Part shown: piece by piece, positions 9,588 to 18,661 of the stretch | How positions within the stretch are numbered: position 1 is the first letter of the stretch | Layout of the letters: each line of letters opens with the position of its first letter | Translations under genes and position numbers: made by a program | The notes under the pieces: generated by a model | Databases searched by the model: none | The model's input: only the letters and a program-made list of their open reading frames with translations | What the model was told of the DNA's origin: nothing | NCBI GenBank assembly: GCA_964492745.1 | Contig: CAZBLT010000003.1 | Location: 36,653-100,652, forward strand | Direction: 5' to 3' | DNA from: an uncultured Anaerolineaceae bacterium | GTDB lineage: Bacteria > Chloroflexota > Anaerolineae > Anaerolineales > E44-bin32 | Length of the DNA stretch: 64,000 bases

Positions 9588-12086
9588 CTAGCCGGCAGGC
9601 ATGGCTTCGGCGGGTTCCTCCTCACCTTCCATTTCGCCCATCGCCTGCCGCAGCACGATTTGCTCGCCTTCGACGTCCACGAGAATGGTGTCCCCCTGCT
9701 TGAACTCGCCGGACAGCAGTGCGTCTGATAGGCGGTCCTCGACCTCGCTCTGGATGACCCTCCGCAGAGGCCGGGCGCCCATCTCGGGATCGTAGCCCAT
9801 GTCCGCAAGCAGCGTGCGGGCTACGCCGGTTGCCTGGAGCGTAATCTCATGTTCCTCGAGGCGCCTGGAGACCTTCCGCAGCTCGAGATCGACAATCTGA
9901 CGGATCTGCTCCTTATTCAGGGCGTGGAAGACCATGATGGAGTCAACCCGGTTGATGAACTCTGGCCGGAAGACCTTCTTCAAGGCCTCCATCAGCTTCT
10001 TGCGCATCTCCTCGTACTCGAGCCGCTCCTCGATCTGCTCATCCCGCGGCAGGTCGAAACCAAGCTGGGATTGGCGGCGGATCATGTCGGCGCCGACGTT
10101 GGAGGTCATCACAATGATCGTGTTGCGGAAATCGACTTTCCGTCCCCGGGCATCCGAGAGGTGCCCCTCCTCCATGATTTGCAGCAGCATATTGTGCGCT
10201 TCGGGATGCGCCTTTTCGACTTCGTCGAAGACCACAATCGAGTAAGGGCGGCGGCGGATGGCTTCGGTCAGTTGACCGGCATCCTCGTAGCCAACGTAGC
10301 CTGGCGGCGCCCCCACAAGTCGGCTGACGGTGTGTCGCTCCATCAGCTCCGACATGTCGATTTGCACTAGCGCCTCCTCAGAGCCGAAGAGAAACTCGGC
10401 CAGCGCCTTGGTCAATTCCGTCTTGCCCACGCCCGTCGGCCCCAGGAAGATGAACGATCCGATGGGCCGCTTGGGATCCTTCAATCCTGCGCGGGAGCGG
10501 CGCACCGCCTTGGCAATTGCATCGATGGCTTCGTCCTGGCCGACGATGCGTTCGTGCAGTGCCTCTTCCATCTTCAGGAGACGTTCTGACTCGGCCTGCG
10601 CCAGTTGCATCACTGGCACGCCGGTCCACATCGAGACCACTTCGGCGATGTCCTCCTGCGTCACCTTCGGGCCGCTCTCGCTGCGATCCCAAGCGCTCCG
10701 CAGTCGCTCGAGCTGTTCTTCCAGCTCCGCTTCGCGGGCCGCCAATTGCTCGGCATCGTCGTGACGGTCCTCCTCGATCGCCAGAGCATGCGCCTCGCGG
10801 ACTTCTCGCAGTTCCCGGATCACTTCCCGCAAGCTCACCGCCTCCGGACTCTTGTACATGCGCACCCGCGAGGCCGATTCGTCGATCAGATCGATGGCCT
10901 TGTCCGGGAGATAACGGTCGGTGACATAGCGGGCCGACAGATGCGCGGCCGATTCAATGGCTTCATCCGTGATGTGCAGCTTGTGATGCTCTTCGTAGGG
11001 CCTGCGAACGCCGCGCAGGATGTCGATCGTTTCCTCGATCGTCGGCTCTTCAACCATTACCGGCTGGAACCGGCGTTCCAAGGCGGCATCGTTTTCGATG
11101 TACTTCCGGTACTCGTCCAGCGTGGTCGCGCCGATGACCTGCAGCTCTCCCCGCGACAGTGCCGGCTTGAGGATGTTAGCGGCGTCCACAGACGAGCCCG
11201 CCGAGCCCGCACCCACAAGCATGTGCACTTCGTCGATGAAAAGAATGGCCTCGGAGGATTTCAGCTCGTCGATCACGCGCTTCAAGCGTTCCTCGAATTG
11301 ACCGCGATACATCGTCCCCGCCACCAAAGAGCCCACATCCAATTGCAGAACGCGTTTGCCGATCAACGGGCCAGGCGTCTCGCCTGCCACAATCCGCTGC
11401 GCCAGGCCTTCCACGATGGCCGTTTTTCCGACCCCTGGCTCGCCGATCAAGGCTGGATTGTTCTTCGTGCGGCGCGCGAGGATCTGGATCACACGCTCGA
11501 TCTCCATCTCCCGCCCGATCACCGGATCGAGCTTGCCCTCTTCGGCCAGCAGCGTCAGATCAGTGGCCAACTGGTCCACCAGAGGCGTCTTGGGTTGTTC
11601 CTTGCGTTTAGCAGCTGCGGAGTGCTGCGTCATGCGCCGGGTGGGACTCTCCTGAAGCACGCGGCGGGTCTGCCTGCGGATCTGCTCGGGAGTGATGCCC
11701 AACCGGCGGAGTACATCGATCCCCACGCCTTCGCCCTGGCGCACCAGGCCCAGCAGCAGGTGTTCCGTGCCGATGTAGTGGTGGCCCATGCGGCGGGCCT
11801 CTTCGATTGCAGTCTGTAGGACTTGCTCCGTCGCTGGGGCGAGCTCGATGCGCCCGCCCGTATGCCGCCCGACGCCCGTCAGGCGTTCGACCATCTCCTT
11901 GACCCGGGCCGGCTCCAGGCCCAGCTCACGCAACACCCTGCCGGCAACCCCGCCTTCCTCGCGCATTAGGCCGAGCAACAAATGCTCGGTCCCGATATAG
12001 TTATGATGTAGCCTCTCCGCTTCCTCATGCGCTAGGCTCAAGACTCGCCTTGCTCGCTGTGTGAAGCGCTCCATCTTATCCGCCAC
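9588..12086 (-). CDS. clpC: ATP-dependent Clp protease ATP-binding subunit ClpC
   Basis: Two Clp_N repeats ([11 protein letters not shown], twice) and two AAA+ modules ([15 protein letters not shown] and [14 protein letters not shown]) joined by a short UVR-type linker. GTG 12086 has GGAGGGT 5 nt upstream. Confidence 0.95.
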   Translation of the reverse strand: MADKMERFTQRARRVLSLAHEEAERLHHNYIGTEHLLLGLMREEGGVAGRVLRELGLEPARVKEMVERLTGVGRHTGGRIELAPATEQVLQTAIEEARRMGHHYIGTEHLLLGLVRQGEGVGIDVLRRLGITPEQIRRQTRRVLQESPTRRMTQHSAAAKRKEQPKTPLVDQLATDLTLLAEEGKLDPVIGREMEIERVIQILARRTKNNPALIGEPGVGKTAIVEGLAQRIVAGETPGPLIGKRVLQLDVGSLVAGTMYRGQFEERLKRVIDELKSSEAILFIDEVHMLVGAGSAGSSVDAANILKPALSRGELQVIGATTLDEYRKYIENDAALERRFQPVMVEEPTIEETIDILRGVRRPYEEHHKLHITDEAIESAAHLSARYVTDRYLPDKAIDLIDESASRVRMYKSPEAVSLREVIRELREVREAHALAIEEDRHDDAEQLAAREAELEEQLERLRSAWDRSESGPKVTQEDIAEVVSMWTGVPVMQLAQAESERLLKMEEALHERIVGQDEAIDAIAKAVRRSRAGLKDPKRPIGSFIFLGPTGVGKTELTKALAEFLFGSEEALVQIDMSELMERHTVSRLVGAPPGYVGYEDAGQLTEAIRRRPYSIVVFDEVEKAHPEAHNMLLQIMEEGHLSDARGRKVDFRNTIIVMTSNVGADMIRRQSQLGFDLPRDEQIEERLEYEEMRKKLMEALKKVFRPEFINRVDSIMVFHALNKEQIRQIVDLELRKVSRRLEEHEITLQATGVARTLLADMGYDPEMGARPLRRVIQSEVEDRLSDALLSGEFKQGDTILVDVEGEQIVLRQAMGEMEGEEEPAEAMPAG

Positions 12087-12194
12087 CGCTTACCCTCCAA
12101 TGGCATCGGCCATAATTGCCCTGTGCCTATCTCATTCTACCAAAGATTAATTTCAACCCTCTCAGCTTGAGATCTTTCTGCTTGTCGCCTTAAC

Positions 12195-12220
12195 GTAATC
12201 GGGCGCACTGCCGTGCGCCC
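12195..12220 (-). terminator. Hairpin 7 nt after the rpsA stop (weak U-tract)
   Basis: GGGCGCAC-tgcc-GTGCGCCC is a perfect 8-bp stem. The downstream tail on the minus strand (GATTACGTTAA) is only modestly T-rich. Confidence 0.45.
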
Positions 12221-12227
12221 GCGGGTT

Positions 12228-13805
12228 TCAGGAGTTCTCCTGTCCTCCTTCTTCGGGAGGTGTCTCCGCAAGACTCTCGGGAGGGTCAGGCTCCGGCGGC
12301 AGTTCTGCCTCCGGAGGAGCGTCCACCTCGGAGGCGCCTCCCCTCTCCTCTTCGGCTTCCGCCTCTTCGACCGGGCTCTCCACCGCCATGGCTTCGGCTT
12401 GTGCTACCGGAGGCTCGGCCTCCGCCTCGGCCGACTCGGGCTGCTCCTCTACTGAGGCCTCTGGCTCGGACTCGGTAATTTCCTCCGCCGGAAGCTCCGC
12501 TTCGGGAGCCACATCCTCGGCCACCTCCTCCAGTGCGGCATCGAAGTCTTCCACTTCGTCGGTGGCTTTTAACGCCACGCCTTCCACACCTTCCCGTTCG
12601 AGCTCCGCCGCAGCCGATTGCCAATCCACGTCGGCGTACTCAGGCGAGTCGACCCGTTTCAGGCTGAGGCCAATGCGCCGGCGTTCCCGGTCGATCTTGA
12701 TGAGGCGCATGGCGACATCCTGTCCCTCATGCACCACCTCGCGCGGATGCTCAATGCGGCTATCGGAGAGCTCAGAGATGTGAATCAAGCCCTCAATCTC
12801 ATATTCCCCGGTACCCTTCAAGGCTGCGAAGGCGCCAAACTTAGTCAACTTGGTGATCGTGCCCTCCACCAATTGGCCTTCCTGCAACCCATCTACAATC
12901 TCGTCCCATGGATCGGGCTCAAGCTCACGCAAGGAAAGGCTGATGCGCTTGCGCTCCGGGTCCACGCCCAAGATCTTGACCTGGACCTGCTGCCCCACTT
13001 TGAGGATATCGCGGGGGTTTTCGACCCGCTTCCAGGACAACTCGGAGACGTGTACCAAACCGTCCGCGCCGCCGATATCCACGAAGGCGCCGAAATCTGC
13101 GAGGCTGATGACGGTGCCGGTGCGCACCTCGCCGAGCTCGAGCTCGGCAATCAGGCGTTCCTTGAGTGCGTCGCGCGACTCCCGCGCCGCCGCCCGCTCG
13201 GAAAGGATCAGGCGGTTGCGCCGGCGGTCGACCTCGATCACGCGAGCGATGATCGGCTCCCCGACCATTTCGCCCCAGCGCTGGTCCGGCGTTTCGCCCT
13301 CAGCGCGCCGCCGTCGCGATAGGCTCACTTGGGAGGCAGGGATAAAGCCACGCAGCCGCCCCAGCTTCACGATCAGGCCGCCCTTGTTATAGCCAGAGAT
13401 CGTGCCTTCGTAGGCTTCCCGGCTTTCGAGCAGCCGTTCGGCCTCGCGCCAATCCTGCTCCTCCTCGGCCCGGTTAATCGAGAGCACGATGGTCCCGTCC
13501 CGCCCCCCGGACCGCACGACGTAGACCTCGATCTCCTTGCCGACCTCCAGGTCCGCCCGCAGTTCTTCCGGCAATTGCTCCACCTCGCGCGTCGGGATTA
13601 CGCCCTCCGATTTGGCGCCGATGTCGACCAGGATGTCACTGTCTGTAATTCTGGCGATGGTTCCGGTGCGAATATCCCCGCGTCGAGGGGTCTCCAGCTC
13701 GTAGGCCTCGCCCTCGAGCAATGCATCCATCGGGTGCTCGCTCGCCTTTTGGGCCTCCGCTTCGATAAACGTCTCTTCCCCGATGGTGTTCTCGTTGGAC
13801 TCCAT
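12228..13805 (-). CDS. rpsA: 30S ribosomal protein S1 with a long acidic C-terminal tail
   Basis: Repeated S1 domains (G.I..I...G.FV.. patterns) followed by about 110 aa of E/A/P-rich tail. ATG 13805 (MESNEN) has GGGAG upstream. Confidence 0.9.
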   Translation of the reverse strand: MESNENTIGEETFIEAEAQKASEHPMDALLEGEAYELETPRRGDIRTGTIARITDSDILVDIGAKSEGVIPTREVEQLPEELRADLEVGKEIEVYVVRSGGRDGTIVLSINRAEEEQDWREAERLLESREAYEGTISGYNKGGLIVKLGRLRGFIPASQVSLSRRRRAEGETPDQRWGEMVGEPIIARVIEVDRRRNRLILSERAAARESRDALKERLIAELELGEVRTGTVISLADFGAFVDIGGADGLVHVSELSWKRVENPRDILKVGQQVQVKILGVDPERKRISLSLRELEPDPWDEIVDGLQEGQLVEGTITKLTKFGAFAALKGTGEYEIEGLIHISELSDSRIEHPREVVHEGQDVAMRLIKIDRERRRIGLSLKRVDSPEYADVDWQSAAAELEREGVEGVALKATDEVEDFDAALEEVAEDVAPEAELPAEEITESEPEASVEEQPESAEAEAEPPVAQAEAMAVESPVEEAEAEEERGGASEVDAPPEAELPPEPDPPESLAETPPEEGGQENS

Positions 13806-13840
13806 GAATCTCTTGTTCTCCCTTGGTTGGCGTAGCACGC

Positions 13841-13869
13841 ATTATAAAAGCGAACCTACGCCTTGTAAA
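13841..13869 (-). promoter_or_regulatory. Sigma70-type promoter for rpsA
   Basis: Minus strand reads TTTACA (13869-13864), an exactly 17-nt spacer, then TATAAT (13846-13841). It lies about 35 nt upstream of the rpsA ATG. Confidence 0.65.
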
Positions 13870-14010
13870 CCTTCATGCCCAGATAGCCCAGCCCGGGTTT
13901 GGCCGGTACGGAATCGAAAGTCGCAGCCTCCAGCGGCATATCCCGGCGCCTCCTAAGCAGCCCGGAAATCCCGCTTCAAGGTATAATCTCGCCGGATAAG
14001 GATCACACAT

Positions 14011-15123
14011 ATGGCAGCCATCTACCCTTTCACCGCCATCGTTGGCCAGAACCGTATGCGCCGGGCGCTCATCCTCAACGCCGTCAACCCCCGCATCGGC
14101 GGTGTGCTGATCCGCGGCGAACGGGGTACCGCCAAATCGACCGCGGCGCGCGCCCTGGCCGCGCTTTTGCCGGAAGTCGAAGTCGTCGCCGATTGCCGCT
14201 TTGGGTGCGACCCGCATGACCCGCCCACATGGTGTACCGAATGCCGGGAGCGTGTGGCGCGCGGCGAGATTCTCCCCGTCGAGACTCGCAAGACTTCCTT
14301 CGTGGACTTGCCCGTCTCCGCCACCGAGGATCGGGTGGTCGGCACGCTGGATATCGAACGCGCCATCAAAGAGGGTGAGCGCCACTTCGAGCCCGGCGTG
14401 CTTGCAGCCGCCAACCGCGGCCTGCTCTATATCGACGAGGTCAACCTCCTGGACGACCATGTCGTCGATCTGTTGCTGGACTCGGCCGCCCTAGGCATGA
14501 ACATCGTCGAGCGTGAGGGTATCTCCTTCAGCCACCCGGCCCGCTACATCCTGGTCGGCACGATGAACCCCGAGGAGGGCGATCTGCGCCCCCAACTGCT
14601 CGACCGCTTCGCCCTCTCGGTCGAGATCCACGGGCTTCAGGACCCGCGTGACCGCGTCGCCATCATGGAACGCAACCTGGCCTTCGAGGCCGATCCCGAA
14701 GGTTTCCGTGCTGCTTGGATGGATAAGGAGCGCAACCTCTCCGAGGAGATCGAACGTGCCCGCGAGCTGGTGGATCAGGTGGGATACACGAAGCGCGATC
14801 TGCTCGCCATCGCGGCCTTGACCGCCTCGCTGCAGGTGGACGGCCACCGCGCCGACCTTGTCATCCTCAAGGCAGCCCGCGCGCATGCCGCCTTCGAGGG
14901 GCGTGACCGCATCACGGATCGCGATATCGCCATGGCCGCGGAGCTGGCCCTGCCTCACCGCCTGCGCCGGGGACCCTTCCAGCAAGTCGAAGTGAGCATC
15001 GAGGAGCTCCAATCCCGTCTGGAGCAAATTCAGCACGACGTCGGCCAGTCCGGCGAAGAATTGGAACCTCAGGCCGGCGAGCAGGAACCCGAATCTAAAA
15101 AAAAAGACCTAAGGCCGGCCTAG
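14011..15123 (+). CDS. ChlI/BchI-like AAA+ ATPase (magnesium-chelatase-type motor subunit)
   Basis: Walker A GERGTAKS, Walker B LLYIDEVNLL, and the VGTMNPEEGDLRPQLLDRF sensor/arginine-finger region. The acidic tail ends in an A9 run. AAGGA SD precedes ATG 14011. Confidence 0.85.
   Translation: MAAIYPFTAIVGQNRMRRALILNAVNPRIGGVLIRGERGTAKSTAARALAALLPEVEVVADCRFGCDPHDPPTWCTECRERVARGEILPVETRKTSFVDLPVSATEDRVVGTLDIERAIKEGERHFEPGVLAAANRGLLYIDEVNLLDDHVVDLLLDSAALGMNIVEREGISFSHPARYILVGTMNPEEGDLRPQLLDRFALSVEIHGLQDPRDRVAIMERNLAFEADPEGFRAAWMDKERNLSEEIERARELVDQVGYTKRDLLAIAALTASLQVDGHRADLVILKAARAHAAFEGRDRITDRDIAMAAELALPHRLRRGPFQQVEVSIEELQSRLEQIQHDVGQSGEELEPQAGEQEPESKKKDLRPA
15097..15105 (+). promoter_or_regulatory. 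A9 homopolymer / A_AAA_AAA slippery heptamer at the ChlI-like / VWA junction
   Basis: Zero-frame codons are TCT AAA AAA AAA GAC. The -1 frame is open from 15099 to 16097 with no start codon before 15249. Confidence 0.6.
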
Positions 15124-15248
15124 CCGAGGAAGAGGCCGAGGCCGCAGAGAAGAAGCAAGAGGCGGAGCCCATCCGCCGCCCGGCGCCGGATTCGCTCAGC
15201 GCCCGTTGGTGGGAGGGTGGGGAGAAGGTCAAGATCGGGCCCGCGTTC

Positions 15249-16097
15249 GTGCCTCGCCGCCTGGAGGGCAAGATCGACCGTCTTCTCCGCCGTCAGGGCG
15301 GCCGCCGCACGCGCACGCGCACCGACCGCAAGCGCGGCCGCTATATCCAGGCCCGTCCGGCTGGAGACTGCCTGGATGACATCGCCTTCGATGCCACCTT
15401 GCGCGCCGCTGCGCCTTACCAGCGCGACCGGCAGGCGCAGCGCAAGAAAGTTGCCTTCGCGATCCAGCCCTCCGATCTGCGGCGCAAGGTCCGAGTCCGC
15501 AAGGCCGCCAACCTCATCCTGTTCGTAGTCGATGCTAGTTGGTCGATGGCGGTGGCGGAACGCATGGCCGCCACCAAAGGGGCCATCTTCTCCCTGCTCA
15601 CCGATGCCTACCAGCGGCGCGACCGCGTGGGGCTAATCGTCTTCCAGAAGGACCGGGCGATGACAATCCTCCCGCCGACCAATTCGGTGCAATTGGCCCG
15701 GCGGGCGCTGGCTGACATCCCAGTGGGCGGCAAGACGCCTCTCTCCGCCGGATTGAACCTGGCCCTGGAGGTCTTCCGCAAGGAACGCATTCTACACCCC
15801 GATGTGCTCCCGCTCATGATCCTGCTCACGGATGGGGCCGGCAACGTCTCCATGGGGGATTTACCACCCCAGGAGGAGGCTCATCGGGTGGCAGATCGCA
15901 TCCGGCAAGCTGGCATTCGCTCTGTAGTGGTCAATATGGAGCACGCCGCTTTCGACCAGGGACTGGCCCAGGCCCTGGCTGAACGTCTGGATGGTCCTTG
16001 CTACACCCTGCACGAACTCAAGGCTGAGCACCTCTACCAGGCCGTCCGTCAGGAGCTGGAGGTGGGGGCGCCCCCTGGCAATCGGACATCCGCCTAG
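15249..16097 (+). CDS. VWA domain protein (ChlD/BchD C-terminal-half-like); may really begin by -1 frameshift at 15105
   Basis: MIDAS motif VVDASWSM and a VWA fold pattern (GGKTPLSAGL, LLTDGAGN). The only start candidate is GTG 15249, which lacks a well-spaced SD. The frame stays open for 50 codons upstream. Confidence 0.8.
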   Translation: MPRRLEGKIDRLLRRQGGRRTRTRTDRKRGRYIQARPAGDCLDDIAFDATLRAAAPYQRDRQAQRKKVAFAIQPSDLRRKVRVRKAANLILFVVDASWSMAVAERMAATKGAIFSLLTDAYQRRDRVGLIVFQKDRAMTILPPTNSVQLARRALADIPVGGKTPLSAGLNLALEVFRKERILHPDVLPLMILLTDGAGNVSMGDLPPQEEAHRVADRIRQAGIRSVVVNMEHAAFDQGLAQALAERLDGPCYTLHELKAEHLYQAVRQELEVGAPPGNRTSA

Positions 16098-16145
16098 ATC
16101 GTCGGCTGGCGATCCTCCGCAACCGATCTGTGAGGAGCATCACCC

Positions 16146-17123
16146 ATGTCCTCAAACCAAAGCAAACACGATCCCGAACCGTTCCGCGAGCCCATTCGCC
16201 TCGGCCACACCGGTTTGAGCGTCAGCCCGATGGGCATTGGTGTGTGGGCCTGGGGCTCGGGTTTCTATTGGGGCTATGGACGCGACTTTCAAGAGCAGGA
16301 TGCGCGCGAATCCTTTCATACCTGCATCCAAGCGGGGATCAATTTCTTCGACACGGCCGAAATCTATGGCTCTGGGCGCTCTGAACGTTTGCTCGGCACC
16401 TTCGCCCGGGAGACCGGAAGGCCGCTGGTCATCACCAGCAAATTCATGCCCTTCCCGTGGCGGCTCAACCGGAGGGCTCTGCGACGGGCCTTGCGCGCCA
16501 GCTTGCGGCGCCTTGGGCGGGAGGTGCTAGACCTGTATCTCATCCACCACCCATTGCCGCCTGTTCCCATTCCCACCTGGATGGAAGCCATGGCCGACGC
16601 AGTTGAGGAGGGCCTTGTCCGCGCAATAGGTGTCAGCAACTTCAACCTCGATCAAATGCGGCTCGCAGCCGATACTCTGGCGCGCCGGGGCATCCCTTTG
16701 GCGGCTAATCAAGTTCCCTACAGCCTGCTTTCCCAGGATATCGAGACCGAGGGTCTACTCGAGGCTGCGCGCGAGATGGGCGTGGCGGTCGTCGCCTACA
16801 GCCCGCTCGAGCAAGGTCTGCTCACAGGAAAATACTCCGCCAAGAACCCGCCCCGCGGGTTGCGCGGCCTACGTTTTCGCGGGGACTCCCTACAGCAACT
16901 AGATGACATTCTTGAGCGGATGCGGACCATCGGAGAGGCGCACGGCGGCAAGTCTCCCGCTCAAGTGGCGCTCAACTGGACGCTCTGCAAGGGAACGATC
17001 CCCATTCCCGGGGTCAAACGCAAACGGCAGGCCGACGAGAACCTCGGTGCGCTGGGCTGGCGCCTGACGACCGCGGAGGTGGAAGCGCTCGGCAAATTGG
17101 GCCGCAACCTAGTCCACGGCTGA
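16146..17123 (+). CDS. Aldo/keto reductase
   Basis: 325 aa. The motifs FFDTAEIYGSG, LDLYLIHHP and GVSNF are typical of the AKR family. Confidence 0.9.
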   Translation: MSSNQSKHDPEPFREPIRLGHTGLSVSPMGIGVWAWGSGFYWGYGRDFQEQDARESFHTCIQAGINFFDTAEIYGSGRSERLLGTFARETGRPLVITSKFMPFPWRLNRRALRRALRASLRRLGREVLDLYLIHHPLPPVPIPTWMEAMADAVEEGLVRAIGVSNFNLDQMRLAADTLARRGIPLAANQVPYSLLSQDIETEGLLEAAREMGVAVVAYSPLEQGLLTGKYSAKNPPRGLRGLRFRGDSLQQLDDILERMRTIGEAHGGKSPAQVALNWTLCKGTIPIPGVKRKRQADENLGALGWRLTTAEVEALGKLGRNLVHG

Positions 17124-18353
17124 TTTCGCCGCCTGCTTGCGGGCCAGGCGCTCGAGGCGGTGGGTTATTTCTCCCCAGGCCTGCTCCCGCCGCCAATCCT
17201 GTGGCCAATGGCTCAGGCAGTTCAGGGCTCTTTCAGCCCAAAGCCGGGCCGCATCGTAATCGCGCGCATGCCATTCATAGTACATGGCCAACTCAACGCA
17301 GGGCTGAGGATCATCCGGAGCGAGATCATGCCATTGCTCCCACCCGCCTCGCGCCTCCTCCCGCAGGCCGGCGCGCTTCAGCAAGGTGGTGAAATGGCGC
17401 AAGGCCTCCAACCTGAGGGCCGGATCCTCGCTCTCCAGCGCCGCAAGGTAGGCCTCGTTTGCCGCCTCCAGCCGGCCGGAGGCATGATGCCAACGCGCCA
17501 ACCCAAGCGCCTCCCCCGCGGATAACGAGACCGCCGGGCCTGACGCCCGCTCCACAACTTCTGTCATCAGGGTGGCCAGGCTTAGGATGTCGACGGCATT
17601 GTGGTAGATGACGCGGCGCATGCCATGGACCACCCCCGTGCGCAAGTACTCCAGGTAGAGGCCCGGAATCATGGCGCCCGGTACGTCCTCCTCACTCCGT
17701 TGTACCGAGAGCACGTTGCGCTCCAGGGATGCCAAACTGCAATCCCGCAGATCACGCCTCCACAGCCGGCGGGATGGGTAGAGCAGATCCAGTTGCGGCC
17801 AGCGGGTGAGAGCCCAGCGCCGCCGCATGCCCACGCCAAAACGCATCTCCAGCAGCGGGATGTCGAACGCGCGGCCATTGAAGGTCACGAATCCCTTGGC
17901 CTGCTCCAACTCTTCGGCCAGAGCGTGCAGCATGCCCCGCTCTTCGCCGGGGTCACGCAAGAAATATTGCCGTAATTCGAAGCTGCCGCCGCGGAACTTC
18001 CCCAGACCGACCAGAAAAACGAGCGTGCCTGCGCCCCCCGCGAGACCCGTGGTCTCGGTGTCCAGGAACAGCAAATCCTCGAGCGCCAGGCCATGGAGGG
18101 ATGTCTCCTGTAGCGCCGCGGACACTTGCGCCAGCGTGAGGCCCAAGAGGTCCCGCAGCGGCCGCCCTCCATGCTGGTGCTCGGGTGGGTAGGCATGCTG
18201 GATGCGCAGTGCCTGCCCCGCGGGCGTATCAATTAGATCGCCTGGCAGCCCGTCCTTGGCGCCAATAGGCGGGCGGAGCCGCGAGATTCCGCCGCGGCTG
18301 GAACCCCTGCCCAGCCGCTGGAGTCTCTGCCTCCAGCGATCTTTTTCATCCAT
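17109..18353 (-). CDS. RNase H-like (YprB/PF13482-type predicted exonuclease) domain protein with a C-terminal TPR-like region
   Basis: LFLDTETTGL..., VTFNGRAFDIPLLE and YHNAVDILSL match the DEDD-like RNase_H_2 pattern. The C-terminus is helical-repeat. The 3' end overlaps the convergent AKR gene by 15 nt. Confidence 0.7.
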   Translation of the reverse strand: MDEKDRWRQRLQRLGRGSSRGGISRLRPPIGAKDGLPGDLIDTPAGQALRIQHAYPPEHQHGGRPLRDLLGLTLAQVSAALQETSLHGLALEDLLFLDTETTGLAGGAGTLVFLVGLGKFRGGSFELRQYFLRDPGEERGMLHALAEELEQAKGFVTFNGRAFDIPLLEMRFGVGMRRRWALTRWPQLDLLYPSRRLWRRDLRDCSLASLERNVLSVQRSEEDVPGAMIPGLYLEYLRTGVVHGMRRVIYHNAVDILSLATLMTEVVERASGPAVSLSAGEALGLARWHHASGRLEAANEAYLAALESEDPALRLEALRHFTTLLKRAGLREEARGGWEQWHDLAPDDPQPCVELAMYYEWHARDYDAARLWAERALNCLSHWPQDWRREQAWGEITHRLERLARKQAAKSAVD

Positions 18354-18600
18354 GTTGCACTTGCCTGTGGGCCAGCCTGGTTTATGTCCGGACGTGCCGC
18401 ACAGCGATTATAGTACGGGGATTAATGTCACACCTCCGCAATGATCTTTTGCAATACCCGCTCCCATATGCCAAGAGTATGATTGCGCACGGAGACGAGA
18501 GACGGGGCACCCCTAAGCTCATCGCTGTCTCCTCCTTTGGCGAAGGCCTCCGCCGGGTTATCCCCCTCACCGCCCCGGCGGAGGCACCTTTTTAACCCCC

Positions 18601-18628
18601 ATGCGCGGCCTCGAAGGCCGCGCATTTT
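18601..18628. terminator. Perfect 10-bp hairpin downstream of the sensor-kinase operon
   Basis: ATGCGCGGCC-tcgaa-GGCCGCGCAT. The T-tract (TTT) is on the plus-strand side only. The hairpin lies about 35 nt past the minus-strand kinase stop. Confidence 0.45.
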
Positions 18629-18661
18629 CCATCCCGTCCCCCCCCCGGCACGCTTCGAAAC

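Noticed and set aside
10605-11819. 404-aa ORF on the plus strand, antisense to clpC
   Set aside because: It lies entirely inside the well-supported clpC gene. The product is R/H/A/G-rich with no recognisable motifs, which is the typical shadow ORF of GC-rich DNA.
12120-12170. CtsR-like direct repeat (GGTTGAAA...GGTAGAAT) upstream of clpC, and a lone CTTGAG HAIR half-site
   Set aside because: The spacing and sequence do not fit the CtsR heptad repeat (GGTCAAA-nan-GGTCAAA). The second copy is better read as an extended -10 (TGgTAGAAT). Only one HAIR half-site is present.
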